Shown piece after piece: positions 37,274-46,432 of a stretch of DNA of 64,000 nt; position 1 is the stretch's first letter, and each line of letters starts with the position of its first letter. The stretch is taken from assembly GCA_963977015.1 (NCBI GenBank), contig CAXBMO010000011.1:64001-128000 (forward strand), read 5' to 3'. The notes below the pieces were generated by a model. It was given only the letters and a program-made list of their open reading frames with translations, searched no databases and was not told the DNA's origin. The DNA comes from an uncultured bacterium (GTDB taxonomy: Bacteria > Verrucomicrobiota > Verrucomicrobiia > Verrucomicrobiales > DEV007). The position numbers were made by a program, and so were the translations under genes.

Positions 37274-38941
37274 ATGCCGATCACTCCGCCACCCCTTCCC
37301 GACGAATCCGGCTCCGCACAGCCGGGGCGATGGCGTAGCAATCTGGGGTTTCTCGTCTTGATCGTGCTCGGCGTGGTTGTGATGTTAGGAACGATTTGGG
37401 AGCCGAGAACTGTTCAGCCTCCCGAATCCTTTGATCCGCAGTCACGCGGTGATGCGTCCATTCAGGCAACTGCCGGCAAGGTTGATCAAGCCATCGCGCA
37501 GACGTGGGCGACTGCGGAGGTCGAGCCGGTTTCGCGCGCGGACGACCTGGCGATTGTGCGAAGGCTTTCCCTGGGGCTGATCGGGACGATTCCCTCGTTT
37601 GAGGAAATTCGTGCGATTGAAGCGGTCCCCGAGTCTCGGCGAATCGATTGGTGGTTGGCGCATCTGTTTGAAGATCCTCGCTATGGGGATTACGTCGCCG
37701 AGCGGTTTGCGAGGGCCTATGTCGGAACCGATGCGGGACCATTGCTGGTTTATCGGCGACGACGAATGGTCAATTGGCTGGCGGAAGAATTTCGGGCCAA
37801 TCGTCCCTATGACGAGTTGGTGAGATCGCTGATCGCGGCCGAGGGAGTCTGGACTTCGAATCCGGCCGCCAATTTCTTGACCCGTACCATCGAGAATGGG
37901 AACAAGGACAAGGGGCCTGACGAAGTCGAGTTGGCCGCGCGCATGACGCGAGCCTTTCTCGGTGTGCGAATTGACTGCATGCAGTGTCATGACGATAAAC
38001 TGGGCGATCGCTGGAAACAGGCGGACTTTCATCAATTGGCCGCCTTTTTCGCTCAGGCAGAGAATGGCCTGACGGGGATTCGGGACAATCAGAAGGTTTC
38101 CTATTCGTATCGCTATCGGGGAAGCCGTGAGGAAGCGCCCGTTTCCGCTGTGGTTCCCTTTCAGCCGGAGATTTTTCCCGAGGAAGGCGCTCTTCGCGAG
38201 AGGCTGGCGATTTGGACGACGCATCCCGAGAACAAGGCGTTTGCTCGAACAACGGTGAACCGGGTTTGGGCAATTCTGTTTGGGAAGGCGCTGGTTGAGC
38301 CGGTGGATGATATCCCTCTCGATGGCGAGTTACCGGATGCGCTCGATCTTTTGGCAGACGACCTCATTGCGAATCAATTTGATCTTCAGCGGCTCATTCG
38401 AGTGATTGCTTCGACCGAGGCCTATCAGCTGGACAGCCGGAGTGAAGATCCCAAGTTGGAGGACGTCTGGGCCAGCTACCCGTTGACCCGCCTTCGCCCC
38501 GAACAAGTCGCTCAGAGCGTGATCCAGGCTTCCTCGCTGACCACGATCAATCGCGAGGCGCATATTATCCAGCGCATGAAACGGTTTGGCGAGACCAATG
38601 ATTTTGTGAAGCGATATGGCGATCTGGGGGAAGAGGAGTTTCTCGATCAGGGAGGCACGATTCCGCAACGGCTTCTGTTGATGAATGGCAAGCTGCTGGA
38701 TGAGCGGACCGAGGATAACATCGTCATGAACGCTGCGACTCGAATCGGGGCGTTGGCAGGCAGTGACCAAAAAGCGGTGGAGACCGCGTACTTGTCCATT
38801 TTCACGCGTCGTCCAACTTCCGAGGAGCTAACCCATTTTGTCGGAACGTTGCGCGACAAAAAATCCAAGGCTCGGAATAACGCCATGCAGGATCTTTTTT
38901 GGGCACTGATGAATGCAACGGAGTTTTCCTGGAATCACTAA
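37274..38941 (+). CDS. DUF1549/DUF1553 (planctomycete cytochrome-type) protein
   Basis: Motifs RRLSL.L.G..P, NRPYD, FLGVRIDCMQCHD (CxxCH), NRVW..LFG..LV.PVDD and DLFWALMN..EF..NH. Confidence 0.9.
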   Translation: MPITPPPLPDESGSAQPGRWRSNLGFLVLIVLGVVVMLGTIWEPRTVQPPESFDPQSRGDASIQATAGKVDQAIAQTWATAEVEPVSRADDLAIVRRLSLGLIGTIPSFEEIRAIEAVPESRRIDWWLAHLFEDPRYGDYVAERFARAYVGTDAGPLLVYRRRRMVNWLAEEFRANRPYDELVRSLIAAEGVWTSNPAANFLTRTIENGNKDKGPDEVELAARMTRAFLGVRIDCMQCHDDKLGDRWKQADFHQLAAFFAQAENGLTGIRDNQKVSYSYRYRGSREEAPVSAVVPFQPEIFPEEGALRERLAIWTTHPENKAFARTTVNRVWAILFGKALVEPVDDIPLDGELPDALDLLADDLIANQFDLQRLIRVIASTEAYQLDSRSEDPKLEDVWASYPLTRLRPEQVAQSVIQASSLTTINREAHIIQRMKRFGETNDFVKRYGDLGEEEFLDQGGTIPQRLLLMNGKLLDERTEDNIVMNAATRIGALAGSDQKAVETAYLSIFTRRPTSEELTHFVGTLRDKKSKARNNAMQDLFWALMNATEFSWNH

Positions 38942-38942
38942 C

Positions 38943-40229
38943 ATGAATGCTGATTTATCCAAATTCTGTGGGCCGGCCCATTTTTCGCGACGTTCCATGC
39001 TCCAAGCGGTGGGGCTTTCAGGAGCGACCTGGCTGACGCCGTTTGCCGATCTTCTCGCCGTCGATGCCGAACGACCGAATCGCCGGGGGAAATCGGTTAT
39101 CCTGCTGTGGTTGGCCGGGGCGCCGAGTCAGCTCGAAACGTTTGATCCACATCCGGGTTCGCCCATTTCCTACGGGACGAAGTCGATAAAGACGGCGAAC
39201 CCGGAAGTTGAGTTGGCAAGCACGTTGGAGCAAACGGCGGAAGTGATGAACGATGTTTCGCTCATTCGTTCTGCGGTGAGCCGGGAAGGGGATCATCAGC
39301 GCGCCATTTACAACATCAAGACCGGCTATCGTCCCATTCCGGCATTGAGCCACCCATCCATTGGCGCGGTGATCACCCATGAGCTTCCCAATCCGAAGAT
39401 TGAGATTCCGACCCACGTTTCCATTCTTCCGAGCCAGTTTCCCAGTCGTGGAGGTTACCTCGGTGCGCAATACGACGCCTTTCAGATCGGAAACCCAACC
39501 GAACCGCTTCAGGACATGCAGGCCAAAACGTCAGATGTGCGGGCGAATCAGCGATTGAAGAGCCTCTCCGTCGTGGAAAAGGCGTTTTCGCAAGGGCGTT
39601 ACACCAAGCTCGATGCGGAGAAAACGCTTCATGTTGCGACGGTCGAGAAAGCGCGTCGGATGATGACGAGTGAACAGCTGAAAGCGTTCGATGTGAGCGA
39701 TGAACCTGCAGATGTTCGGGCCGCCTACGGTGAGACTCCGTTTGGGCGGGGTTGTCTGGCTGCGCGGCGACTGGTGGAGGCCGGGGTCCGTTGTGTGGAG
39801 GTGACCTTGGGAGGTTGGGATACCCACGTGAACAATCACGAGCTACAGGCGGGGCGCGTTGCGATCCTGGATCCGGCTTTTGCGACGTTGATCAAAGACC
39901 TCAAACAGCGTGATCTCCTGGATCAAACGGTTGTTCTTTGCGGGGGCGAGTTCGGCAGAACGCCGAAACTCAATGGTCTCGATGGGCGCGATCACTGGCC
40001 GCACGGGTTCAGTCTCGCACTGGCCGGAGGCGGGATCCAGGGTGGTCGTGTGGTTGGAAAAACCGACCCATCCGGCGAAAAGCAGGAGCCGGAACGCCCC
40101 GTCCCGGTCGCCGACATACATGCGACCATTCAAACCGTTCTCGGCATCGATCCGGAATACGAGGTCATGACTCCGGCGAACCGCCCGTTGGCTCTCAGCG
40201 AAGGCAACCTGATCCGCGAGTTGTTGTAA
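38943..40229 (+). CDS. DUF1501 family protein with Tat signal
   Basis: Motifs SRRSML, GAPSQLETFDP, GWDTH, GEFGRTP and GRDHWP. Confidence 0.92.
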   Translation: MNADLSKFCGPAHFSRRSMLQAVGLSGATWLTPFADLLAVDAERPNRRGKSVILLWLAGAPSQLETFDPHPGSPISYGTKSIKTANPEVELASTLEQTAEVMNDVSLIRSAVSREGDHQRAIYNIKTGYRPIPALSHPSIGAVITHELPNPKIEIPTHVSILPSQFPSRGGYLGAQYDAFQIGNPTEPLQDMQAKTSDVRANQRLKSLSVVEKAFSQGRYTKLDAEKTLHVATVEKARRMMTSEQLKAFDVSDEPADVRAAYGETPFGRGCLAARRLVEAGVRCVEVTLGGWDTHVNNHELQAGRVAILDPAFATLIKDLKQRDLLDQTVVLCGGEFGRTPKLNGLDGRDHWPHGFSLALAGGGIQGGRVVGKTDPSGEKQEPERPVPVADIHATIQTVLGIDPEYEVMTPANRPLALSEGNLIRELL

Positions 40230-40257
40230 TCGCAGGGAGGCTGGCTAGAGTTTCCGG

Positions 40258-41676
40258 ATGAAACTCACCATTCTTGGTCTGCTTCTCTCAACCCCGTTTG
40301 TCGTTGCGGAATCGTTGCCGAACATTGTCCTGCTGGTTGCTGATGATCTCGGTTATGGTGAACTTGGTTGCCAGGGGAATCGCGAGATTCCCACTCCGAA
40401 TATCGATTCCATCGCCCAAAACGGGGTTCGATTCACGCAAGGCTATGTAACGGCGGCCTATTGCAGTGCCTCCCGGGCCGGCTTGATGACCGGTCGCTAC
40501 CAGACCCGGTTTGGATATGAGTTCAATCCAATCGGGCATCACAATGATGATCCGGATGCCGGGCTGCCTCCTTCAGAGCGGACGCTCGCCGAACACTTGG
40601 CCGATTCCGGCTATGTCACCGCGTTGATTGGGAAGTGGCATCTCGGCGGTCACCCCAAGTATCATCCCCAGCGTCATGGGTTCGACGAGTTCTTTGGCTT
40701 TACCCATGAAGGGCACTATTTTGTGCCGCCACCTTATGAACGGGTAACCACGATGATGCGTCGCAAGGTGCTGCCGGGCGGGGGGAAGGGACGGTGGATT
40801 TCCAACGACGGCAAAACCATCTATTCGTCACACATGGGAGGGAATGAGCCGGATTACGATGCGAACAACCCGATTGTGCGGGGCGGGCAACCGGTTGAAG
40901 AGAAGGATCACCTGACCGATGCATTTACCCGTGAGGCTGTGGATTTTATCTGGCGGAGTTGGGATTGGCCATTTTTCCTCTATTTGCCCTACAATGCGGT
41001 TCATAGTCCGCTTCAGGGCGCGGATGAATATATGGAAAAATTTTCCCATATAGAAGACGTTCATCGCCGGATCTTTGCCGCCATGCTGGCACACATGGAC
41101 GATAGCGTTGGCGAGGTGTTGAAGGCGCTGCGTGACGCGAGGCTCGAGGAAAACACATTGATCATCTTTCTCAGTGATAATGGTGGGCCGACCAAGGAAT
41201 TGACCTCGCAGAACGGCCCGCTTCGGAACGGAAAGGGCTCGGTTTATGAAGGAGGACTGCGGGTGCCATTCCTGATGCAATGGAAAGGGCAATTGCCTGA
41301 GCAGACCGTGTATGAAAATCCGGTCATCGCTCTCGATATTTTTGCGACCGCGGCAACGGTCGCGAAGAATCCAACGAAACCCGGGACCATTGATGGCATG
41401 AATCTACTTCCCTTTCTGAAGGGCGATGAGCCAGGGGAACCGCATGACGTTCTCTATTGGAGGCTCAACCGGAAGACGGCGCTTCGGGCTGGGGATTGGA
41501 AGATTCTTCAGAATCCGGGGAAAGGAAAGGAGCCCGCCTGGGAGCTCTACAATTTGGCCGAAGACGTCGCGGAACAGAACGACTTATCGGCGGCCAATCC
41601 CGAAAAGACGAGCGAGATGATTCGGATTTGGGAGGGATGGGATCAACAGATGATTGATCCTATTTGGTCTCCGTGA
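40258..41676 (+). CDS. Secreted arylsulfatase-family sulfatase
   Basis: Motifs PNIVLLVADDLGYG, CSASRAGL, GKWHLG, SDNGG and EGGLRVP. Confidence 0.94.
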   Translation: MKLTILGLLLSTPFVVAESLPNIVLLVADDLGYGELGCQGNREIPTPNIDSIAQNGVRFTQGYVTAAYCSASRAGLMTGRYQTRFGYEFNPIGHHNDDPDAGLPPSERTLAEHLADSGYVTALIGKWHLGGHPKYHPQRHGFDEFFGFTHEGHYFVPPPYERVTTMMRRKVLPGGGKGRWISNDGKTIYSSHMGGNEPDYDANNPIVRGGQPVEEKDHLTDAFTREAVDFIWRSWDWPFFLYLPYNAVHSPLQGADEYMEKFSHIEDVHRRIFAAMLAHMDDSVGEVLKALRDARLEENTLIIFLSDNGGPTKELTSQNGPLRNGKGSVYEGGLRVPFLMQWKGQLPEQTVYENPVIALDIFATAATVAKNPTKPGTIDGMNLLPFLKGDEPGEPHDVLYWRLNRKTALRAGDWKILQNPGKGKEPAWELYNLAEDVAEQNDLSAANPEKTSEMIRIWEGWDQQMIDPIWSP

Positions 41677-41677
41677 G

Positions 41678-42508
41678 TTACGGCTTTGAGAGAGCAATCG
41701 GTTCGCCAATACGAGAAAGGTCGACCAGATATTTCGTTCCGGAGCGGTGTTCTCCAGAAGGGTTCTCAAGGACCAATTTTACGCGGGTTGTGCTGCTGGC
41801 CGCGTCGGTTACGGGACTGACAAACTCCAATTTGGCGAGGTATTCTCTGGTCCCGTTTGTCTTTTGAAGCGGCACGGTTTGGCCCGGTTTAAGGTGCTCG
41901 GCTGCTTGGTGAGGGACATGAAGAACGACGTTTAACTGATCAAGTTTCACCAGGGTGAGAACTGGCCCTTGTCCCGGTTGAACGTTCTCACCAACTTCGC
42001 GGTAGATTCGCGATACAATCCCATCAAACGGGCTTCTCAACGTGTGTCGTTCGATCTCTGCCGCAATTCGTTCAACCTGAATTGCCAGGCTGGCCTTCTC
42101 TTCTTTTGCTGCGATGAGTTCGGCGTTGGAGATCTCAAATTCGGCGTTGGCTCGGGCGACTTCATCTCGATTGGCACTACCGGATTTGGCCAAGCGTTCC
42201 AGTTCATCTTTGCGGCGTTTGCGAAGCTCCCAATTGGCCTGGGCCGACTGAATGGTAGATTGGCTTTCCGCTCTGATCTTGGCGATTCGCAACGATGCAT
42301 CGAGAACCTGGCTGTCCAATTTTCCAAGCAGTTCGCCCTCTCTTACGACCTGACCTTCTTGAGCCGGGATCGAGGCGATCACGCCGGATTCAGGAAATGC
42401 CATATCAACCTGGCGGATTGGTTCGGTCGTTCCAATGGTTGGGGTTTGCGCGACGGCAAACGGACTCAGGGTGAAGCTGAGAAGAAGCAGGGAGATTATA
42501 GGTTTCAT
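41678..42508 (-). CDS. Periplasmic adaptor / membrane fusion protein (HlyD/RND-MFP family)
   Basis: Signal peptide, lipoyl halves (SGVI....QEGQVV.EG; LRSPFDGIV), a coiled-coil hairpin and FVSPVTDAASST. Confidence 0.88.
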   Translation of the reverse strand: MKPIISLLLLSFTLSPFAVAQTPTIGTTEPIRQVDMAFPESGVIASIPAQEGQVVREGELLGKLDSQVLDASLRIAKIRAESQSTIQSAQANWELRKRRKDELERLAKSGSANRDEVARANAEFEISNAELIAAKEEKASLAIQVERIAAEIERHTLRSPFDGIVSRIYREVGENVQPGQGPVLTLVKLDQLNVVLHVPHQAAEHLKPGQTVPLQKTNGTREYLAKLEFVSPVTDAASSTTRVKLVLENPSGEHRSGTKYLVDLSRIGEPIALSKP

Positions 42509-42521
42509 CAATTGGGGGGGA

Positions 42522-44504
42522 TTAAGCGAGGCGGAGTTTGGTTTCGTCATTCCATCGATCTTGTTCCATGATGGCGAGCCGGTCCTGGTAGGCTTTTTGT
42601 TCGGCTTTGGATTGAACGCGAAGAAAACGCGAGGAGAGAGAGCTGGGAAGTTCCTCTGCAGAATCTTCGAACTTTTCAGCCATTCGTTTCGCAAGATCGG
42701 GTGCGAATCGAGTCATGATGGAGTCTTCCAGGGAAAGGAAAAGTTGTCCCGAGCCGACCTTGCCCTGACGGGCGGCACGACCCAGCAGTTGCCGGTCCAC
42801 GCGTTGGCTTTCGTCCATTTCCAACACGAGAACATGGAGCCCACCCAGAGCTTCGACCCCGTCACCCAGATCGATATGGGTTCCCCTTCCTGCCATGTTG
42901 GTGGAGATGGTAACGGCATGGGGTTGGCCCGCCGCGGCAATGACTTCTGCCTCGCCTTCATCTTGTTTCGCATTGAGCAAGTGATGAGGAATGCCTGCCT
43001 GATTCAGCAACAGGGAAAGGCGCTCGCTGTTTTCGATGGTTCGAGTACCAACGAGAACAGGTTGCCCCGTATGGTAGAGGCGCCTGATTTCAACAACCGC
43101 AGCGTTCAGCTTTTGCGAACTGGTTCGAAAGACGCGAGGCGGAAAGGTTCTTCGTTGGCTGGGTTTGTTGAGGGGGATGGGAACGACGGGGAGCTGATAC
43201 ACTTCCCAGAATTCTCCGGCGGCTTCGACGGCGGTTCCGGTCATCCCGCCAACGTGATCATACAGGCGGTAAAACTTCTGCCGTGAAATACTCGCCTGAG
43301 ACTCGTTTTCGCAGGTGATGGGTTGGTCTTCCTTGGCTTCGACTGCCTGATGAAGTCCATCTCGCCAACTGCTGCCCTGTTTGACCCGGCCGGTGCATTC
43401 ATCAATGATCAGAACCTCGTTGTTGCGAACGACGTACTGCCGATCTTTGTCCAAGGCGTATTGCGCGCGAAGGGCATTCTCCACATATTTGATCCAGGGG
43501 CGCTTGAGGAGGTTTCGGTCAACTTCCCGGCTTTGGGCCTGTGCTAGTTGCTGACCGGATTCAGTTAGCCAGATTTGTCGCTTTATCGCGTCAAACCCAA
43601 AGTGCAGACCTTCCTCCAACAGGGCAATGGTGTTTCGAGCTGCGTGATAGAGGCTGGTACCGGGATTTTCGCCGTGGGACTTGCCGCTGATGAGCAGCGG
43701 TGTGGTGGCCTCATCGATTAAGATGGCGTCTGCCTCATCAATGATGGCCATGTGGAGACCGCGTTGGGCAAGGGGGAGAGTGCGGGAATCAGAGCCCAGC
43801 AAGGATTTCCAAGTGCGCTCTCCGGGGACGGACTCAGGTTGACGGAGGAGGGTGAGTTGATCGCGAAGGTAATCGAACCCGAATTCAGATCCAGTCCCGT
43901 AGGTGATGTCTGCCTGATAAGCTACTCGCTTTTTCGCGACGGAAACCCTCTCCGGTAACAGGGCGGAGGAGATGCCGAGAGCCTGATATACAGGGAGTCC
44001 GAAGGCATGGTCTCGTTCGGCAAGATAGCTGTTGGCGGTCGCCACGTGAACTCCCTTTCCGGATAAAGAATGGTAGTAGGCCGGGAGCAGTTGGAGCAGG
44101 GTCTTGCCTTCCCCGGTTGCAAGTTCTGCAATCGTTCCCCTGGCCAAAGCCAGGGCACCGAGAATTTGCACATCATAGGGATAGAGACCGAGAATCCGGC
44201 GGCTCACTTCTCGCACCAGGGCGAAGCTGGGGACAAGCAGGTCCTCAAGGGGGCGCCCTGACTGAACCTCTTCACGGTGTTGCCTCGCGAGTGCAACTAT
44301 CGAATGAAGGTCTCTTCGCGCGAACTCGGGAGCGAGTTGGTTGATGGCGGAGAGATGTTCCTGATCAGATGGTTGTCGCGCCTTTCGGGGAGAGAGGGTG
44401 TGTGTTGCGTGAAAGGCTAAAAAAGGAGCGGGTGCGTATTGACGGCGAAGTGTTTCCCAAAATCCGGGAAGTGCGTTTCGAGAGGATGAAGGAGGACGTG
44501 CCAA
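42522..44504 (-). CDS. secA: Accessory, C-terminally truncated SecA paralogue (660 aa)
   Basis: Motifs PYDVQ, ATGEGKT, FGFDYLRD, IDEADAILIDEA.TPL, GLHQAVEAKE, GMTGTA, TNMAGRGT and QL.GR.ARQG..G. It ends early in the helical scaffold region. Confidence 0.92.
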   Translation of the reverse strand: MARPPSSSRNALPGFWETLRRQYAPAPFLAFHATHTLSPRKARQPSDQEHLSAINQLAPEFARRDLHSIVALARQHREEVQSGRPLEDLLVPSFALVREVSRRILGLYPYDVQILGALALARGTIAELATGEGKTLLQLLPAYYHSLSGKGVHVATANSYLAERDHAFGLPVYQALGISSALLPERVSVAKKRVAYQADITYGTGSEFGFDYLRDQLTLLRQPESVPGERTWKSLLGSDSRTLPLAQRGLHMAIIDEADAILIDEATTPLLISGKSHGENPGTSLYHAARNTIALLEEGLHFGFDAIKRQIWLTESGQQLAQAQSREVDRNLLKRPWIKYVENALRAQYALDKDRQYVVRNNEVLIIDECTGRVKQGSSWRDGLHQAVEAKEDQPITCENESQASISRQKFYRLYDHVGGMTGTAVEAAGEFWEVYQLPVVPIPLNKPSQRRTFPPRVFRTSSQKLNAAVVEIRRLYHTGQPVLVGTRTIENSERLSLLLNQAGIPHHLLNAKQDEGEAEVIAAAGQPHAVTISTNMAGRGTHIDLGDGVEALGGLHVLVLEMDESQRVDRQLLGRAARQGKVGSGQLFLSLEDSIMTRFAPDLAKRMAEKFEDSAEELPSSLSSRFLRVQSKAEQKAYQDRLAIMEQDRWNDETKLRLA

Positions 44505-44513
44505 GGTTCCGAA

Positions 44514-46394
44514 CTATTTGGATGTGGAATCAAGTCCTTTGACGATGCGAAGCTCCGGAAGACCGTCGGTGTCTTTCCCTTTTTCGAACTGGATGCCTTC
44601 ACCGCGAATCAGTGTGCCTTTTGCGCGCTCCAGGTTGGTGAGGGCAACGTTGTAAACGACCAGTGATTGGAGAAATTCTTCGCGGGCGATTTGCAGGCGA
44701 TCTTGCGCTTCCAGCAAGCTTCCCAGGTAGTCGCTGGTTAGGATGTTTCCGCCATCCGCATCAACTCCCCGCCGCCGGTTCAGAACGTTCAGGTCCTTTA
44801 GAGCTGCATTAGCCGAAATGTATTTGGCACGCATGTCAGGATAGGCAGTGGTGACCTCCCGATAGGCAACCTGAACTTCCAGTTGGATGGTTTCCAACGT
44901 TGCCTGAAGTCGCTGTTTCTGCTGTCGAAGCTCCAGCTCACTGCGGAGATGACGCGCACGGGTAAAGCGGCGTTCGAGTGAGACCGATGCGGAAAGGCCA
45001 ACAGACCAGGAAGGGTGTCCATCGTTGTATTCTCCACGGGTCGCACCTTCCCAGTCTCCGTCTGATTGCAGATCGGAGATGGAGCCTTCGCCAAAGATGT
45101 TGAGTTCTGGGAGGCGATCCTGCTTTGCCATTCGCTCGCGAATGTTGGCGGCTTTCAGTTGTGCTTCTGCCTGCAGGATCTCAGGACGATACTGCATGGC
45201 CGTCCCGACGGCGGTTTCGAAGTCGACCTCAAACGCAGCTGTTACCGGAAGGTCATCAGGAATCAGCTCGCCGATTCCCTGTTCGATCAAATTGGGATCA
45301 TTGATCAGTGCTCTCAGGCGGGATTCTGAATTCTTGATTGCCAGTTCAGCGCGAACCAACTCAGCTCTCCTTGAGGCGAGGGCCGCTTCGGCACGGGCTC
45401 GCTGGCTGGCCATGGTATCCAACTGTCCACGCTTTCTCATCTCTTCGACAATCGCCTCCGTCCCTTGCACGAGCCGGAATTTTTCCACATGAATGGCACG
45501 GGCGAGATAAAGTGACCAATAGGAGCGGTTCACTTCAGAAAGGTGGGTCTCCAGTTGGCGAAGGAATTCCTGGCTGCCGGTCTCGTGGTCGAGTTTGGCA
45601 ATCCGGATCACGCTTTCATTGTAACGAATTCCTGCGCCCCGAAGCAGTGGCTGCACGACCGTGAGTTTGAGGCGGGCTTTTCCTTGATCATTCGGGATGA
45701 AGAATTCGGAATTGTTCCGGGTCCGGGTCATTTCCTGGGAGAGACTGACCTGCGCTCCGGTCCGGAACCGTTTGCGGATTCCGCTTTCCCAACTCCACTC
45801 CCGCTGGCGAAAGAACTCCTCGTCTCCGCCGACTTCAAGCGAACTTCCAACAGGCTCATGAAGACGATCCAACCCGGTGGTGGTATAGAGTTCACCATCG
45901 AACGCGCCGCGAGCTTCGTTAATGCCGGTTTCGCGAATGACCGGAATGTTGCCGAAAACCTTGATCTGGGTGGAATTTGCCAGGGCTGTTTGGTAAACCG
46001 TATCAAGGTTCACCGCTGCGGGATGGGAATCGCCCAACAGTTGACCGCGAACATCGCTATACCACCATGAGTCCGGAGGAATGGCTCCGTTCTCAAAACC
46101 GCCGCCGGCGCGGGCTTGGCCTTCTTGGCTGAATTCGGTGAGAGCACTGTTTGCAAACGCTTTCTTGAGCAGGGAAATTTGATCAACGAGTTCTTTCTCA
46201 CGTTGTCCCTTGGGTTCATAAGGGGACACGTTCAACGCTTCAAGAAATGGTGACCGATTAAGGTCTTCGTTCTGGTCGTCACGGAGTTGCGCCAAAGATG
46301 AACACGTGCAGAGAACGCCAACAGCAAGACTCAGGAGGGGTGTTCGTAGTGCAAAACCTCGATGGTAGGAGAGGAGTGGTTTTGTAGCTTTCAT
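44514..46394 (-). CDS. TolC family outer membrane channel
   Basis: Signal peptide and two OEP repeats (QPLLRGAG, YW.LY.A, A...RPEI..A, LPELN, L.AQ..L). Confidence 0.88.
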   Translation of the reverse strand: MKATKPLLSYHRGFALRTPLLSLAVGVLCTCSSLAQLRDDQNEDLNRSPFLEALNVSPYEPKGQREKELVDQISLLKKAFANSALTEFSQEGQARAGGGFENGAIPPDSWWYSDVRGQLLGDSHPAAVNLDTVYQTALANSTQIKVFGNIPVIRETGINEARGAFDGELYTTTGLDRLHEPVGSSLEVGGDEEFFRQREWSWESGIRKRFRTGAQVSLSQEMTRTRNNSEFFIPNDQGKARLKLTVVQPLLRGAGIRYNESVIRIAKLDHETGSQEFLRQLETHLSEVNRSYWSLYLARAIHVEKFRLVQGTEAIVEEMRKRGQLDTMASQRARAEAALASRRAELVRAELAIKNSESRLRALINDPNLIEQGIGELIPDDLPVTAAFEVDFETAVGTAMQYRPEILQAEAQLKAANIRERMAKQDRLPELNIFGEGSISDLQSDGDWEGATRGEYNDGHPSWSVGLSASVSLERRFTRARHLRSELELRQQKQRLQATLETIQLEVQVAYREVTTAYPDMRAKYISANAALKDLNVLNRRRGVDADGGNILTSDYLGSLLEAQDRLQIAREEFLQSLVVYNVALTNLERAKGTLIRGEGIQFEKGKDTDGLPELRIVKGLDSTSK

Positions 46395-46432
46395 GTGTGT
46401 GGGGGGAAAGTGGGGGGGATGGGAGGGGTGCG

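Noticed and set aside
37274-41676. DUF1549/1553-DUF1501-sulfatase cluster as a novel system
   Set aside because: A very common, already recognised arrangement in PVC genomes.
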